Assembly (NCBI GenBank): GCA_964187785.1
Contig: OZ076409.1
Span: forward strand, 88,290,001 to 88,354,000
Source of the DNA: Amphiscolops sp. MND2022
Taxonomy: Eukaryota
DNA: 64,000 nucleotides
Direction: 5' to 3'
A model generated the notes under the pieces. That model did no database searches. It had not been told where the DNA came from and was given only the letters and a program-made list of their open reading frames with translations. This document shows positions 46,500-58,811 of the stretch, piece after piece. Position numbers and translations under genes: made by a program. Every line of letters begins with the position of its first letter. The stretch's first letter is position 1.

Positions 46500-47632
46500 G
46501 GGGGGAACAGGAATAACGTCTAAGGAACAACATCTGAATCTGAAATGAACGGGAATAACGTCTAAGAAGCGGAATAACGTTGAAAAAGAGAAACGTATAA
46601 AACTGACATACGTTTAAAATTTCGAAAAACCATTTAAATACGTCTGAAATACGGGAATAACGTCTAAAATTGGCTAATACGTCTAAAATCTCAGAAAATC
46701 ATCAAAATACCGTATTTTGATGATTTTCTGAGATTTTAGACGTATTAGCCAATTTTAGACGTTATTCCCGTTTTTCAGACGTATTTAAATGGTTTTTCGA
46801 CATTTTAAACGTATGTCAGTTTTATACGTTTCTCTTTTTCAACGTTATTCCGCTTCTTAGACGTTATTCCCGTTTTTTAGACGTTATTCCCGTTCATTTC
46901 AGATTGACGTGACGTGGCAGCGGGAAGAACGTCTGAGGAATAACATCCTAATACAAAACGGGAATAACGTCTAAAATAAATCATTTTTTGAGACTGGCGT
47001 CCAAAGTTTCGAAAAAAGCTTTCTGGTAGCAAAAATATCAAAATGTGGGGCATATGCGGTGTATGCACGCTCGCCCTCATCGTCGCAAAGACCAGCTCCC
47101 ATTACGATCGCTTCGCGATCTCCGTTCCCACTAGGTCTTTGCTCCTGTTCGACCTCGCTTAGCAAGATGGGAACATTAGCGGCCCCAAGGGGCCGCAGGG
47201 CACTAGAAGGAATGGGGTCATATCCGAGGCACGTTTTATATTTTATATCACTTTTTAGTTTTAGTTCTTAAACGATTTATTTTTTTTCAAGTTCATGTGT
47301 TCCTCCCGTTTCTCAGTCGTATTTTGATGACTTTTGGATATTTTGGGCGTTTTTTCTGGATTTTATACGTTATTCTCTTTTTTCCGACGTATTTGCATAG
47401 TTTTTTGATATTTTGGACGTCTTTTTTCAATATAGGTACAAATACCCATCAGACACATAGACTTTTGCCCGTTTTCCGTGGCCTAGTTCATTCCTGGAAA
47501 CTAGAGCATCTAAAAAACGGGAATAACGTCTAAATCTTTAGACGTTATTCCTGAAAAATGAGTAAAATTTAGACGTTATTCCTTTAGACGTTATTCCTTC
47601 AGACGTTATTCCTTAGACGTTATTCCCGCCCC
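46500..47632. mobile_element. MULE-like MITE with GGAATAACGTCTAA subterminal repeats and an internal 327-bp palindrome (46548..46874)
   Basis: G-rich inverted ends; flanks TAAACTTGT / TAAAATTGT (9 bp, 1 mismatch). Confidence 0.7.
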
Positions 47633-48059
47633 TAAAATTGTGGTAAATTTTTGAAACGGACAGTAATCGATTACTCAGTGAAATTAGCCAGGTACCCCTA
47701 ATAATCACTTATATTTTTGAACTTTTGTTCTAGTGCTCCTACAGGATACGCGCTTCTTCAATTTGCTTTGGCTAGAGCCCTCAAGTTGTGGGGATATCTT
47801 CCAAAGGCTTAATTGTTTTTGATGATGTGCCAAATCGCTAGTTTGTGATGTCTCAAGGGGCCTTCTTCACTCAGCAGCGAATTTAGTACCATTCTGGCAT
47901 TGGAGTTAGTCGAGATAAAAATAAATTCAACCTCGTAGAAACAATGTCCGGGATTTTTTTCTTTTCATGATATGGAAGCCTTATATAACAATGCGAGTCA
48001 CTGAAAGATTCCGAGGAGGTAATCCGGGCTCACAACTTTTCACTGAACCAAATAAGCCG

Positions 48060-49440
48060 ACTTGATATCTCAAGTGGACGCAAAACGATCGAAATGTTTC
48101 GACGCTCATCAAAGTAACTTCGGGTCGCAGTGGTTGAACGTCGATCCCTGTAAAAACCGGGGTCTGAAGCTGGATGATCAACAGCTGATTTCTATTTCTA
48201 TGTGCCCTGGAGCAAACATTTGTGTAGCGCACACATGCCACTGTGGTAAAAGAGTTGAACGGGACGGTTTGCACGGTCTGTCTTGCACCAAGAGTGCTGG
48301 TCGCTTTCCTCGTCATGCTACTCTCAATTTTTTCGTGAAGCAGGCGTTGGTATCTCTCGACTTGCCTTCAATGCTCGAGCCTCGTGGATTGTACTGAACC
48401 GACGGCAAACCCAGACTGTTATCATGATACTTGGTGAAATGGGTAAAAAATTAGTATAGGATGTCACGGATGTCGATTCCCTTGCACTCGGTCGTTAGAG
48501 TCAAGTCTGCTTGAGCAACCCTGGAACAACTGCCACCGATGCAGAGTCTCGGAAACTTGAGAAGTATAACAAAGCAACATCGACATGATAATGAGAAAAG
48601 AGCCATTACAGGACTCGATTCTGCATCTCAAGACAGATCTTGCTAGCAATCAAATGCCTTACCCATTAGACCAAATGGCCTATTTAATCTCATCAATCAT
48701 TCGACTAATCACTAACGCTGCCGTTCTTACAGAAGTACCAAGCATTGAGTGACAACGTATACGTCTTCCAGCCGTTCGCACTGGAAGTACAAGGTTCTTC
48801 AGATGAAAGTGGTGAAGTTTCGATAACATGCCTCTTTAAACTGCTCTGTCGTTCGCACGGCGTGCGCGTATACGGATTGAATCCCTCAGGTTGAAAACAA
48901 GGGTACGTCCTCGGGTCGACCAGTGAAAATTCCGGAATTAGATCGACTGAATCGTGTCGATTTTCGAAATTTTCGGATTTATAGCGACTGTCTCGGATCG
49001 AATTCTTGACTTTAAATTCTTATTTCTGCTCGCATCTAAATCTGAAAAAAAACATTAATTCAGACATTAATTCACAAAATTGTTGAATACACAAAATGAG
49101 GAAGAAAGTGTTTTAATTGGAATGTTTCAACGGAATTATTGACAAATAGGCAAAGGGGATGTGCAATGCTGTTTCTATTAGGGAAAACAAATTTCGACCC
49201 GACGTGTTCTACCAAGTTCGATCTCAGTTCGTTCGACCTGTGTAATTCGACCAAAGTAGTCGACCTCATTTCGTTCGACCTCGGAAATTCGATCTCTATA
49301 TAGCAAGCCGTTCGCACGATGGTCAGCGACCCGGTAGTTTTTTAGCTATCTCAAGGGCTCTACAAATAGCCAGTGCGGCATGTGTTCTATTATCAGTGAG
49401 TGACAGTGATGCTTTTCAAGAAACTTATTACATATAGTAC
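48060..49440 (+). pseudogene. 3' remnant of a CRE-like non-LTR retrotransposon (zinc finger plus restriction-like endonuclease), interrupted by insertions
   Basis: QWLNVDP..CHCGKRVERDGLHGLSCTKSAGRFPRHATLN..EPRGL, then YVFQPFALEVQG and ISRALQIASAACVL. Confidence 0.7.
48859..49309. mobile_element. MITE with TCGACC subterminal repeats and an 8-10-bp TSD
   Basis: CGTTCGCACG occurs at 48850..48859 and 49309..49318; imperfect GGC(G/T)TGC ends; removing the element rejoins the CRE-like frame. Confidence 0.7.
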
Positions 49441-49489
49441 TGTTTGCTGGTACTGGCTTCCATCTTTGCAACTCGACGTTGTGACCAGC

Positions 49490-50750
49490 CTTCCTTTCCA
49501 ACCTAAACAGGGCGTACCACAGGGAAGTGTACTCTCACCCCTGCTTTTTATTTTCTACATTGCAGATATGCTGAATAATACAGCAGGGATAACGTTCAAA
49601 TATGCTGTACTCTCACCCCTGCTTTTATTTTCTACATTGCAGATATGCTAAATAATACCGCAGGGATAACGTTCAAATATGCTGATGACTCAGAGATACT
49701 CGTGATAACTGACAACCAATCAACCACGTGCCTCACTGTTGAACAAAACCTGAACGCGGTGGAAAATTGGTGCCGGAGATGGCGGATCCAGCTGAATGGC
49801 ACCAAGGCCGAAATCGTGCCCATTAACTTAGACGGGAAAATACCTGTGTTCAATATGAGAGGAGAAAAATGCAAACTAAACTATGACACAAAAATACCTG
49901 GACTGACAATCGATGACAGTTTCTCGTTCAAAACGCATGCAGAGAAGATAACTGCTCGTTGCAAAGGTCGATGGAAAGAAATGGGAATTCACTGTAAAAA
50001 GAAATGGGGTCTTTCGCGGAATACCCTTGTCCTTCTATACAAATCTCTCGTTTTGCCAACGTTACTCTACTGGGCTCCTGTATGGGCGAATCAAAATATC
50101 AAGAAGCTCGAAAGTTTTCAATCGTTCATCAATCGCGATGTTTTAGAGACAAGGTACTATCCAAATTCAATGGCTACCGAAGTGCTACTGGGCATACCTC
50201 CAATAGACAATGTTGTGCAGAACATCTCAGCGAAGTTTCTAACGAAAGTCCTACACTATCAAGATCATCTGACGAAACGTGTTATTCAAAAACAAAAGTC
50301 ATTGACGTTCATCACTACTCAGAGAAACATAATGAAACAATTCTACAATCTGAAATACATTGATTTATCTGAGGACCATAGCTTCACCGTAAGTGTGAGT
50401 AGAAGTCACATCCTTCACAGATGGAACTCTAGGTGGCTATATCCGGATTTTGCTACACATCTAAAGAGTCTGGTTCATAGAGTTGACATTGACCCAATGC
50501 TGATGAAAGTAAACGCTACTAAACAAGTAATGCGGACCACTATTGAACTACTACTGGATATCAACCCCTCAATAAATAAATTTGCTTACAATAGAAGTCT
50601 GACTGTTAGCCCGCTTTGCCCTTGTAAAGAAACTGAAGAAACGGCTACTCATCTTTTATTCGACTGTACCATATACGAAGCTAGGAACCGACCCGGAAAA
50701 AATTTCAACCTCTACGACCTACGAGACTGTGTAAATCTGATTGAATTGAG
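49490..50750 (+). pseudogene. 5'-truncated LINE RT C-terminal half with a ~78-bp internal tandem duplication, cut at its 3' end by the TTCGAA element
   Basis: GVPQGSVLSPLLF, YADD and C-terminal CPCKETEETATHLLFDC; 49529..49606 is duplicated at 49607..49683. Confidence 0.88.
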
Positions 50751-53700
50751 GCACGGTAATAAATTCGCACCCATAAGTTCGGGGCACGGTAATAAGTTCG
50801 AACCCGTAAGTTCGAATTTTTATTTCGAATGGACTAAGTTCGAATTTTCCAAAAACCGGAACAAGTTAGAATCACTGTGTTCGAAGTTTGGACTAAGTAT
50901 AAAACGTGCCACTGATATTACCCCCTTTCATCTAGTGCCCCGCGTCCCCTTGGGGCCGCTTATGTTCCCATCTTGCTAAGCGAGGTCGAACAGGAGCAAA
51001 GACCTAGCGGGAACGGAGATCGCGAAACGATCGTAGTGAGAGCTGATCTTTGCGACGGTGAGGGCGAGCGTGCATACACCGGGTATGCCCCACATTTCAG
51101 TTTTTAGATTCCTTTAGATCCTAGGCGGTGGAGCTCTCAGGATCTTGTGTGAAGGATGTCCAGTTTACACCGGATATGCTCGATATGAAAATTCGAACTT
51201 GGTGTCTCGAAACTATTCCATTTGAACTTATTGCACTAGTTCAAATTCGAACTTTGTAAATCGAACCTATTGCCCGAAGCCATAAGTTCGAATTTTAATT
51301 TCCAACGGACTAAGTTCGAATTTCCCAAAAACCGGAACAAGTTCGAATCACTGTGTTCGGTTTTTGCACTAAGTATAAAACGTGCCACTGATAATACCCC
51401 ATTTCATCTAGTGCCCCGCGTCCCCCTGGGGCCGCTTATGTTCCCATCTTGCTAAGCGAGGTCGAACAGGAGCAAAGACCGAGCGGGAACGGATATTGCG
51501 AAGCGATCGTAGTGGGAGCTGGTCTTTGCGACGGTGAGGGCGAGTGTGCATACACCGGGTATGCCCCACATTTCAGTTTTTAGATTCCTTTAGATCCTAG
51601 GCGATGGAGCTCTCAGGATCTTGTGTGAAGGATGTCCAGTTTACACCGGATATGCCCGATATGAAAATTCGAACTTGGTTCTCGAAACTATTTCATTCGA
51701 ACTTATTGCACTAGTTCAAATTCGAACTTAGTAAATCGAACTTATTGCCCGAAGCCATAAGTTCGAATTTTAATTTCGAATGGACTAAGTTCGAATTTTC
51801 CAAAAACCGGAACAAGTTCGAATCACTGTGTTAGAATTTTGGACTAAGTATAAAACGTGCCACTGATATTACCCCATCTCATCTAGTGCCCCGCGTCCCC
51901 TTGGGGCCGCTTTTGTTCCCATCTTGCTAAGCGAGGTCGAACAGGAGCAAAGACCTAGCGGGAACGGAGATCGCGAAGCGATCGTAGTGGGAGCTGGTCT
52001 TTGCGACGGTGAGGGCGAGTGTGCATACACCGGGTATGCCCCACATTTCAGTTTTTATATTCCTTTAGATCCTAGGCGGTGGAGCTCTCAGGATCTTGTG
52101 TGAAGGATGTCCAGTTTACACCGGATATGCCCGATATGAAAATTCGAACTTGGTGTCTCGAAACTATTTCATTCGAACTTATTGCACTAGTTCAAATTCG
52201 AACTTAGTAAATCGAACTTATTGCCTGAAGCCATAAGTTCGCATTTTAATTTCGAATGGACTAAGTTCGAGTTTTCCAAAAACCGGAACAAGTTCGAATC
52301 ACTGTGTTCGAATTTTGGACTAAGTTTAAAACGTGCCATTGATATTACCCCATCTCATCTAGTGCCCGCGTCCCCTTGGGGCCGCTTTTGTTCCCATCTT
52401 GCTAAGCGAGGTCGATCAGGAGCAAAGATCTAGCGGGAACGGAGATCACGAAGCGATCGTAGTGGGAGCTGGTCTTTGCGACGGTTAGAGCGACTGTGCA
52501 CACACCGGGTTTGCCCCACATTTCAGTTTTTAAATTCCTTTAGATCCTAGGCGGTGGAGCTCTCAGGATCTTGTGTAAAGGATGTCCAGTTTACACCGGA
52601 TATGCCCGATATGAAAATTCGAACTTGGTGTCTCGAAACTATTTCATTCGAACTTATTGCACAAGTTCAAATTCGAACTTAGTAAATCGAACTTATTGCC
52701 CGAAGCCCTCGATATGAAAATTCGAACTTGGTGTCTCGAAACTATTCCATTCAAACTTATTGCACCAGTTCAAATTCGAACTTAGTAAATCGAACTTATT
52801 GCCCGGAGCCATAAGTTCGAATTTTATTTTCGAATGGACCAAGTTCGAATTTTCCAAAAACCGGAACAAGTTCGAATCACTGTGTTCGGTTTTTGGTTCA
52901 AGTATAAAACGTGCCATTGATATTACTCCATTTCATCTAGTACCCCGCGTCCCCTTGGGGCCTCTTATGTTCCCATCTTGCTAAGCGAGGTCGAACAGGA
53001 GCAAAGACCTAGCTGGAACGGAGATCGCGAAGCGATCGTAGTGGCAGCTGGTCTTTGCGACGGTGAGGGCGAGCGTGCATACACCGCGTATACCCCACAT
53101 TTCAGTTTTTAGATTCCTTTAGATCCTAGGCGGTGGAGCTCTCAGGATCTTGTGTGAAGGATGTCCAGTTTACACCGGATATGCCCGATATGAAAATTCA
53201 AACTTGGTGTCTCGAAACTATTTCATTCGAACTTATTGCACTAGTTCAAATTCGAACTTAGTAAATCGAACTTATTGCCCGAAGCCATAAGTTCGAATTT
53301 TAATTTCGAATGGACTAAGTTCGAATTTTCCAAAATCCGGAACAAGTTCGAATCACTGTGTTCGAATTTTGGACTAAGTTTAAAACGTGCCATTGATATT
53401 ACCCCATCTCATCTAGTGCCCCGCGTCCCCTTGGGGCCGCTTTTGTTCCCATCTTGCTAAGCGAGGTCGAACAGGAGCAAAGACCTAGCGGGAACGGAGA
53501 TCACGAAACGATCGTAGTGGGAGCTGGTCTTTGCGACGGTGAGGGCGAACGTGCACACACCGGGTTTGCCCCACATTTCAGTTTTTAAATTCCTTTAGAT
53601 CCTAGGCGGTGGAGCTCTCAGGATCTTGTGTAAAGGATGTCCAGTTTACACCGGATATGCCCGATATGAAAATTCGAACTTGGTGTCTCGAAACTATTTC

Positions 53701-55686
53701 ATTCGAACTTATTGCACAAGTTCAAATTCGAACTTAGTAAATCGAACTTATTGCCCGAAGCCCTCGATATGAAAATTCGAACTTGGTGTCTCGAAACTAT
53801 TCCATTCAAACTTATTGCACCAGTTCAAATTCGAACTTAGTAAATCGAACTTATTGCCCGGAGCCATAAGTTCGAATTTTATTTTCGAATGGACCAAGAT
53901 CGAATTTTCCAAAAACCGGAACAAGTTCGAATCACTGTGTTCGGTTTTTGGTTCAAGTATAAAACGTGCCATTGATACTACTCCATTTCATCTAGTGCCC
54001 CGCGTCCCCTTGGGGCCGCTTATGTTCCCATCTTGCTAAGCGAGGTCGAACAGGAGCAAAGACCTAGCTGGAACGGAGATCGCGAAGCGATCGTAGTGGC
54101 AGCTGGTCTTTGCGACGGTGAGGGCGACGTGCACACACCGGTTTTGCCCCACATTTCAGTTTTTAGATTCCTTTAGATCCTAGGTGGTGGAGCTCTCAGG
54201 ATCTTGTGTAAAGGATGTCCAGTTTACACCGGATATGCCCGATATGAAAATTCGAACTTGGTGTCTCGAAACTATTTCATTCGAACTTATTGCACAAGTT
54301 CAAATTCGAACTTAGTAAATCGAACTTATTGCCCGGAGCCATAAGTTCGAATTTTATTTTCGAATGGACCAAGATCGAATTTTCCAAAAACCGGAACAAG
54401 TTCGAATCACTGTGTTCGGTTTTTGGTTCAAGTATAAAACGTGCCATTGATATTACTCCATTTCATCTAGTGCCCCGCGTCCCCTTGGGGCCGCTTATGT
54501 TCCCATCTTGCTAAGCGAGGTCGAACAGGAGCAAAGACCTAGCTGGAACGGAGATCGCGAAGCGATCGTAGTGGCAGCTGGTCTTTGCGACGGTGAGGGC
54601 GAGCGTGCATACACCGCGTATACCCCACATTTCAGTTTTTAGATTCCTTTAGATCCTAGGCGGTGGAGCTCTCAGGATTTTGTTTAAAGGATGTCCAGTT
54701 TACACCGGATATGCCCAATATGAAAATTCGAACTTGGTATCTCAAAACTATTCCATTCGAACTTATTGGATCAGTTCAAATTCGAACTTAGTAAATCGAA
54801 CTTATTGCCCGAAGCCATAAGTTCGAATTTTATTTTCGAATGGACTAAGTACGAAAATTCCAAAAACCGGAACAAGTTCGAATCACTGTGTTCGGTTTTT
54901 GGTTTAATTATAAAACGTGCCACTGATATTACCCCATTTCATCTAGTGCCCCGCGTCCCCTTGGGGCCGCCTATGTTCCCATCTTGCTGAGCGAGGTCGA
55001 ACAGGAGCAAAGACCTAGCAGGAACGGAGATCGCGAAGCGATCGTAAAGGGAGCTGGTCTTTGCGACGGTGAGGGCGAGCGTGCATACACCGGATTTGCC
55101 CCACATTAGAAAGGAAAAGTATTGAAAAGTTTCTGAGACATTTACGAAAGGTAATATTTTATTCTTGACACACCGGATATGTCCGGGCTTCGGGCAATAA
55201 GTTCGATTTACTAAGTTCGAATGTGAACTAGTGGAATAAGTTCGAATAGGAATAGTTTCGAGACACCAAGTTCGAATTTTCATATCGGGCATGTCCGGTG
55301 TATCAAGAATAAAATATTACCTTTCGTAAATATCTCAGAAAATTTTCAATACTTTTCCTTTCTGATGTGGGGCAAATCCGCTGTATGCACGCTCGCCCTC
55401 ACCGTCACAAAGACCAGCTCCCACTACGATCGCTTCGCGATCTCCGTTCCCGCTAGGTCTTTGCTCCTGTTCGACCTCGCTTAGCAAGATGGGAACATAA
55501 GCGGCCCCAAGGGGCCGCGGTGCACTAGATGAAATGGGGAAGTATCAGAAGTACGTTTTATACTTACGGCGGTTTGTTCAAAATTCGAACACAGTGATTC
55601 GAACTTGTTCCGGTTTTTGGAAAATTCGAACTTAGTCCATTCGAAATTAAAATTCGAACTTAGCGTTCGAACTTATTACCGTGCCC
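50750..55686. repeat. Tandem array of nine ~476-bp units plus one inverted unit, bounded by TIR GGGCACGGTAATAAGTTCGAAC
   Basis: Marker CTAG at 50932, 51408, 51883, 52359, 52937, 53413, 53992, 54467 and 54943; inverted copy ~55190..55686; TIR at 50782 and 55686. Confidence 0.93.
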
Positions 55687-55806
55687 TATATGTCCGATAT
55701 GAAAATTCGAACTTGGTGTCTCGAAACTATTCCTATTCGAAATTATTCCACTAGTTCACATTCGAACTTGGTAAATCGAACTTATTGCCCGAAGCCAGAT
55801 CGCGAA

Positions 55807-56156
55807 GGGTGGCTGTAAATAGGTCGACTTTTTCTGGTCGAAAGGACAGAGGTCGAACCTTTTGATCGAATTGCAGGGATCGAAAGGAATGCGATCGAAT
55901 TTTATCGTATTTGTTGTATGGCTCGGTCGCTTCGCTCCCTTCGCCAAGTAGCCACATTGAGGCATGGCCATATGGCTCGTCGCTCCGCTCCGCTTCGCTC
56001 CTGCATTCAGGGCACTAGGGGTATGTGAACATATCTGACTACGTTATAAAAATTTCGATCTGAGTTGTTTCGATCCCATTCAAAAAATTTGGTATGTCGA
56101 CCTGAGGACTAACTCTGATTTTCGATCCCGTTCCTTCGACCTACTTCCGCCCACCC
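55807..56156. mobile_element. Mutator (MULE)-type MITE
   Basis: 9-bp TSD GATCGCGAA (55798..55806 and 56157..56165); TIRs GGGTGGCTGTAAATAGGTCGA / GGGTGGGCGGAAGTAGGTCGA; partial inverted copy at ~56733..56981. Confidence 0.85.
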
Positions 56157-57548
56157 GATCGCGAAGCGATCGTAGTGGGAGCTGGTCTTTGCGACGGTGA
56201 GGGCGAGCGTGCATACACCGAATATGCCCCGAATTCAGAAGGGGACAGTACTGAAAATTTTGTGAGACATTTACGAAAGGTAAAATTTTATTCTTGAATG
56301 AAATGATTTGAGATCTGACACTTTCTTGGAATCAATGGAAGGAAAAAAACAATGATTGTAATAATTTTTTGTTGATCAATTGTATTACGTTACTTTTGTA
56401 CTACTTTCATTGAGGTATAAGTGTCATTTCCTACTTTCATGTTCCACGTTTCCAATTTGAATTTTGTACCATGTTCTTTATCCGCTTCTGCGTTTTTTCG
56501 TTGTACCACTTTTATGTTGGATGTTTACAATTGAACATGTGATTTTATCAATTTGATCTACGTTGCAAAATTGCAAATTTTCCGTGCCAAAAGTTGTTTT
56601 AGTCCTATTTCAATTAGTCCTTTTTCCATTAGTTCTAAGGCGGCACTAAAAAAGAATTAGTCCTATTTCCATTAGTCCTATTTCAGTTTTGACTATTAGT
56701 CCTATTTCATTAGTCCGAATCCCTGTCTCCCGAAATTTTTATAACGTAGTCAGATATGTTCACATACCCCTAGTGCCCTGAATGCAGGAGCGAAGCGAAG
56801 CGGAGCGACGTGCCATATGGCCATGCCTCAATGTTGCTACTTGGCGAAGGGAGCGAAGCGACCGAGCCATACAACAAATACGATAAAATTCGACCGCATT
56901 CCATTCGATGCCTGCAATTCGATCAAAAGGTTCGACCTCTATCCTTTCGACCAGAAAAATTTGACCTATTTACAGCCACCCGAAAAAATTAAGCCAAAAG
57001 GTATTAAGCCAAGTGACTGGTAACCATATTCTTGTTTTGGGTCAATGTGTCTGCTTTGATAGTGGCTGGCCTAAGTGGTAGTAGTAGTGCTCTATCGTTT
57101 ATTTCGTTTCCTTCTGGTTGCAGACCACTGGTGTGTGTCATCTCTCAACAACCCCCCCCCCCACTACATGACCTAAACGGCACTATATTAGTGACTACGA
57201 TCGATGTCATCTGAGGGGTTGAAAAAACTTTTCATTGAACAAGATGAACCCTAAGGAACATTTACCAGAAAGAGGAAAGTTTTTCTAATGATTTGAATTT
57301 CTATGTCCTCATTCTGTTTATTTTACTATTTCCTATCCAGGCTTACTAGTACTCAAGAATCGTTGTTACTGCAAAACTCTTATCGCAGATTCAAAGCGGA
57401 TATTTAGATTTTACGTCTTTGAACATATCTAAGCTGATTTTTGGGATCTTCCCACGCCAATTTTGACTGATGGAATTTCTATTTCTGTAATTCTCCTGAT
57501 TTTTCAAAAATAGTTTTTGTGCCTATAGTAGACCTTGTTTCAGGACTC

Positions 57549-58721
57549 ATGCTCAGTCATACTGAGGTAGCTGCAAGATTATTCTATAAAAAGTCTTGTT
57601 TCCGCATTTGTTTCGTGAAGAAATATCAATGTCGCCTGAAGTCTGATTCAGCTGAAAACGGAGATGTTAAAAACAACGAGGAGAGGTTGAAAAAGTTACT
57701 GGAAAACATTAAACTGAAACGTGTGCCTTTGGGAGCAGTAGTCCAAGATGCAAATACCCAAAAAGAGCAAAAACAGACTGGCAATGAAAACTTCGTTAAT
57801 CATGCTCGAGCACATGCTAGAAGGGAAGCCCTGGATGCTGCCAAGGCTTTCAACCAGGGTGGCAGTAAGTTGAAAAGTATCCAGAATGATCTCACTTCGC
57901 TCTGTGAAATTGCCCTGGGATCGAAAGAAATGGGGAGCCAAATGCATGATGAACCTGCCGTAAACGAAACTTCCAGCGAACTCAACCCAACCGAAAACGC
58001 AATGCCCAGTAAAGTTAATGAAATGCAGTCATTTTTACAGGAGACCTACGGTGATAAATCTCAATTCGATAATATTCCAGATGAAAGTTTTTCTGTAGAA
58101 AATGATGAATCTGAAGCTATTTCTACACGGTTTGATGGATTTTCTCTTGTAGATCTTCTCTCTGAAGAAAAAGGATTGAAACCGGAAAAAACAGTCGATC
58201 GCTCAGCGTCTATGCGAAGTTCTCGCCGACATAAAATTGACAAGGAAACTGACCGTCATTCAACGGAAAATCTATATGGTACTGTTCGCCTCAACATCTT
58301 CGACAAACCAACAAAGCGTCAAACAGCCTCCTTACCTGTCAATTCATATGATGTGTTGCTGCAAAATGACATGGAAGAACTTTTTCAACCTTCTGTTCGA
58401 AATGGTTTTGATTATCTGATTAAGCTGACCAAAGAACGGAAGCTTTGGACTTTTCCTATTGATAATGAACTGGGATTCGAAGAAGAAGAGAATGTACCGT
58501 TCCAGAATCATATCTTTCTGGAGCGGTATTGCAAGAATTTTCCAAAACACCCTCGAATTCAGAAGTTTATGAAAGTAGTTTGTTTGGGATTATCGAAAAA
58601 CCACAAATTGACTTTCGCGAAGAAGATATCCCACATTCAGACTCTTCAGCAATTTTTTGAAGAACGATTTGACCTTCTTAAAAATAGTGCAGATTTTGAA
58701 GATGAGCAGAATAGAATTTAA
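57549..58721 (+). CDS. MRPS31: Mitochondrial ribosomal protein mS31 (single coding exon)
   Basis: C-terminal NGFDYLIKLTKERKLWTFPIDNE..PFQNHIFLE..FPKHPRIQKFMKVVCLGLSKN..KKISHI; first ATG at 57549 after TTTCAG; basic N-terminal targeting-like peptide. Confidence 0.9.
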   Translation: MLSHTEVAARLFYKKSCFRICFVKKYQCRLKSDSAENGDVKNNEERLKKLLENIKLKRVPLGAVVQDANTQKEQKQTGNENFVNHARAHARREALDAAKAFNQGGSKLKSIQNDLTSLCEIALGSKEMGSQMHDEPAVNETSSELNPTENAMPSKVNEMQSFLQETYGDKSQFDNIPDESFSVENDESEAISTRFDGFSLVDLLSEEKGLKPEKTVDRSASMRSSRRHKIDKETDRHSTENLYGTVRLNIFDKPTKRQTASLPVNSYDVLLQNDMEELFQPSVRNGFDYLIKLTKERKLWTFPIDNELGFEEEENVPFQNHIFLERYCKNFPKHPRIQKFMKVVCLGLSKNHKLTFAKKISHIQTLQQFFEERFDLLKNSADFEDEQNRI

Positions 58722-58811
58722 ATTACATTTACAAACCCTCAGAATGTCTTTGCCTGTTGAAGTGTTTTTTTAACCTCCTACCTAGCTTCAAATCAATCTT
58801 TTTCAGACTTT

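Noticed and set aside
50750..50979. C-terminal ~75 aa of the 444-aa LINE ORF
   Set aside because: Read-through into the inserted repeat, not LINE protein.
55501..55528. Helitron 3' terminus (hairpin plus CTAG) as the unit boundary of a rolling-circle array
   Set aside because: Homology between copies continues past CTAG and the next base is A rather than T, so it is not the mobile boundary; it may be a relic.
50750..55686. CRISPR-like array, or a repeated small gene family (MPEAISSNF..., MHQFKFEL... ORFs)
   Set aside because: Units are ~476 bp and near-identical with no unique spacers. The context is eukaryotic, and the ORFs are by-products of the repeat that vary in frame between units.
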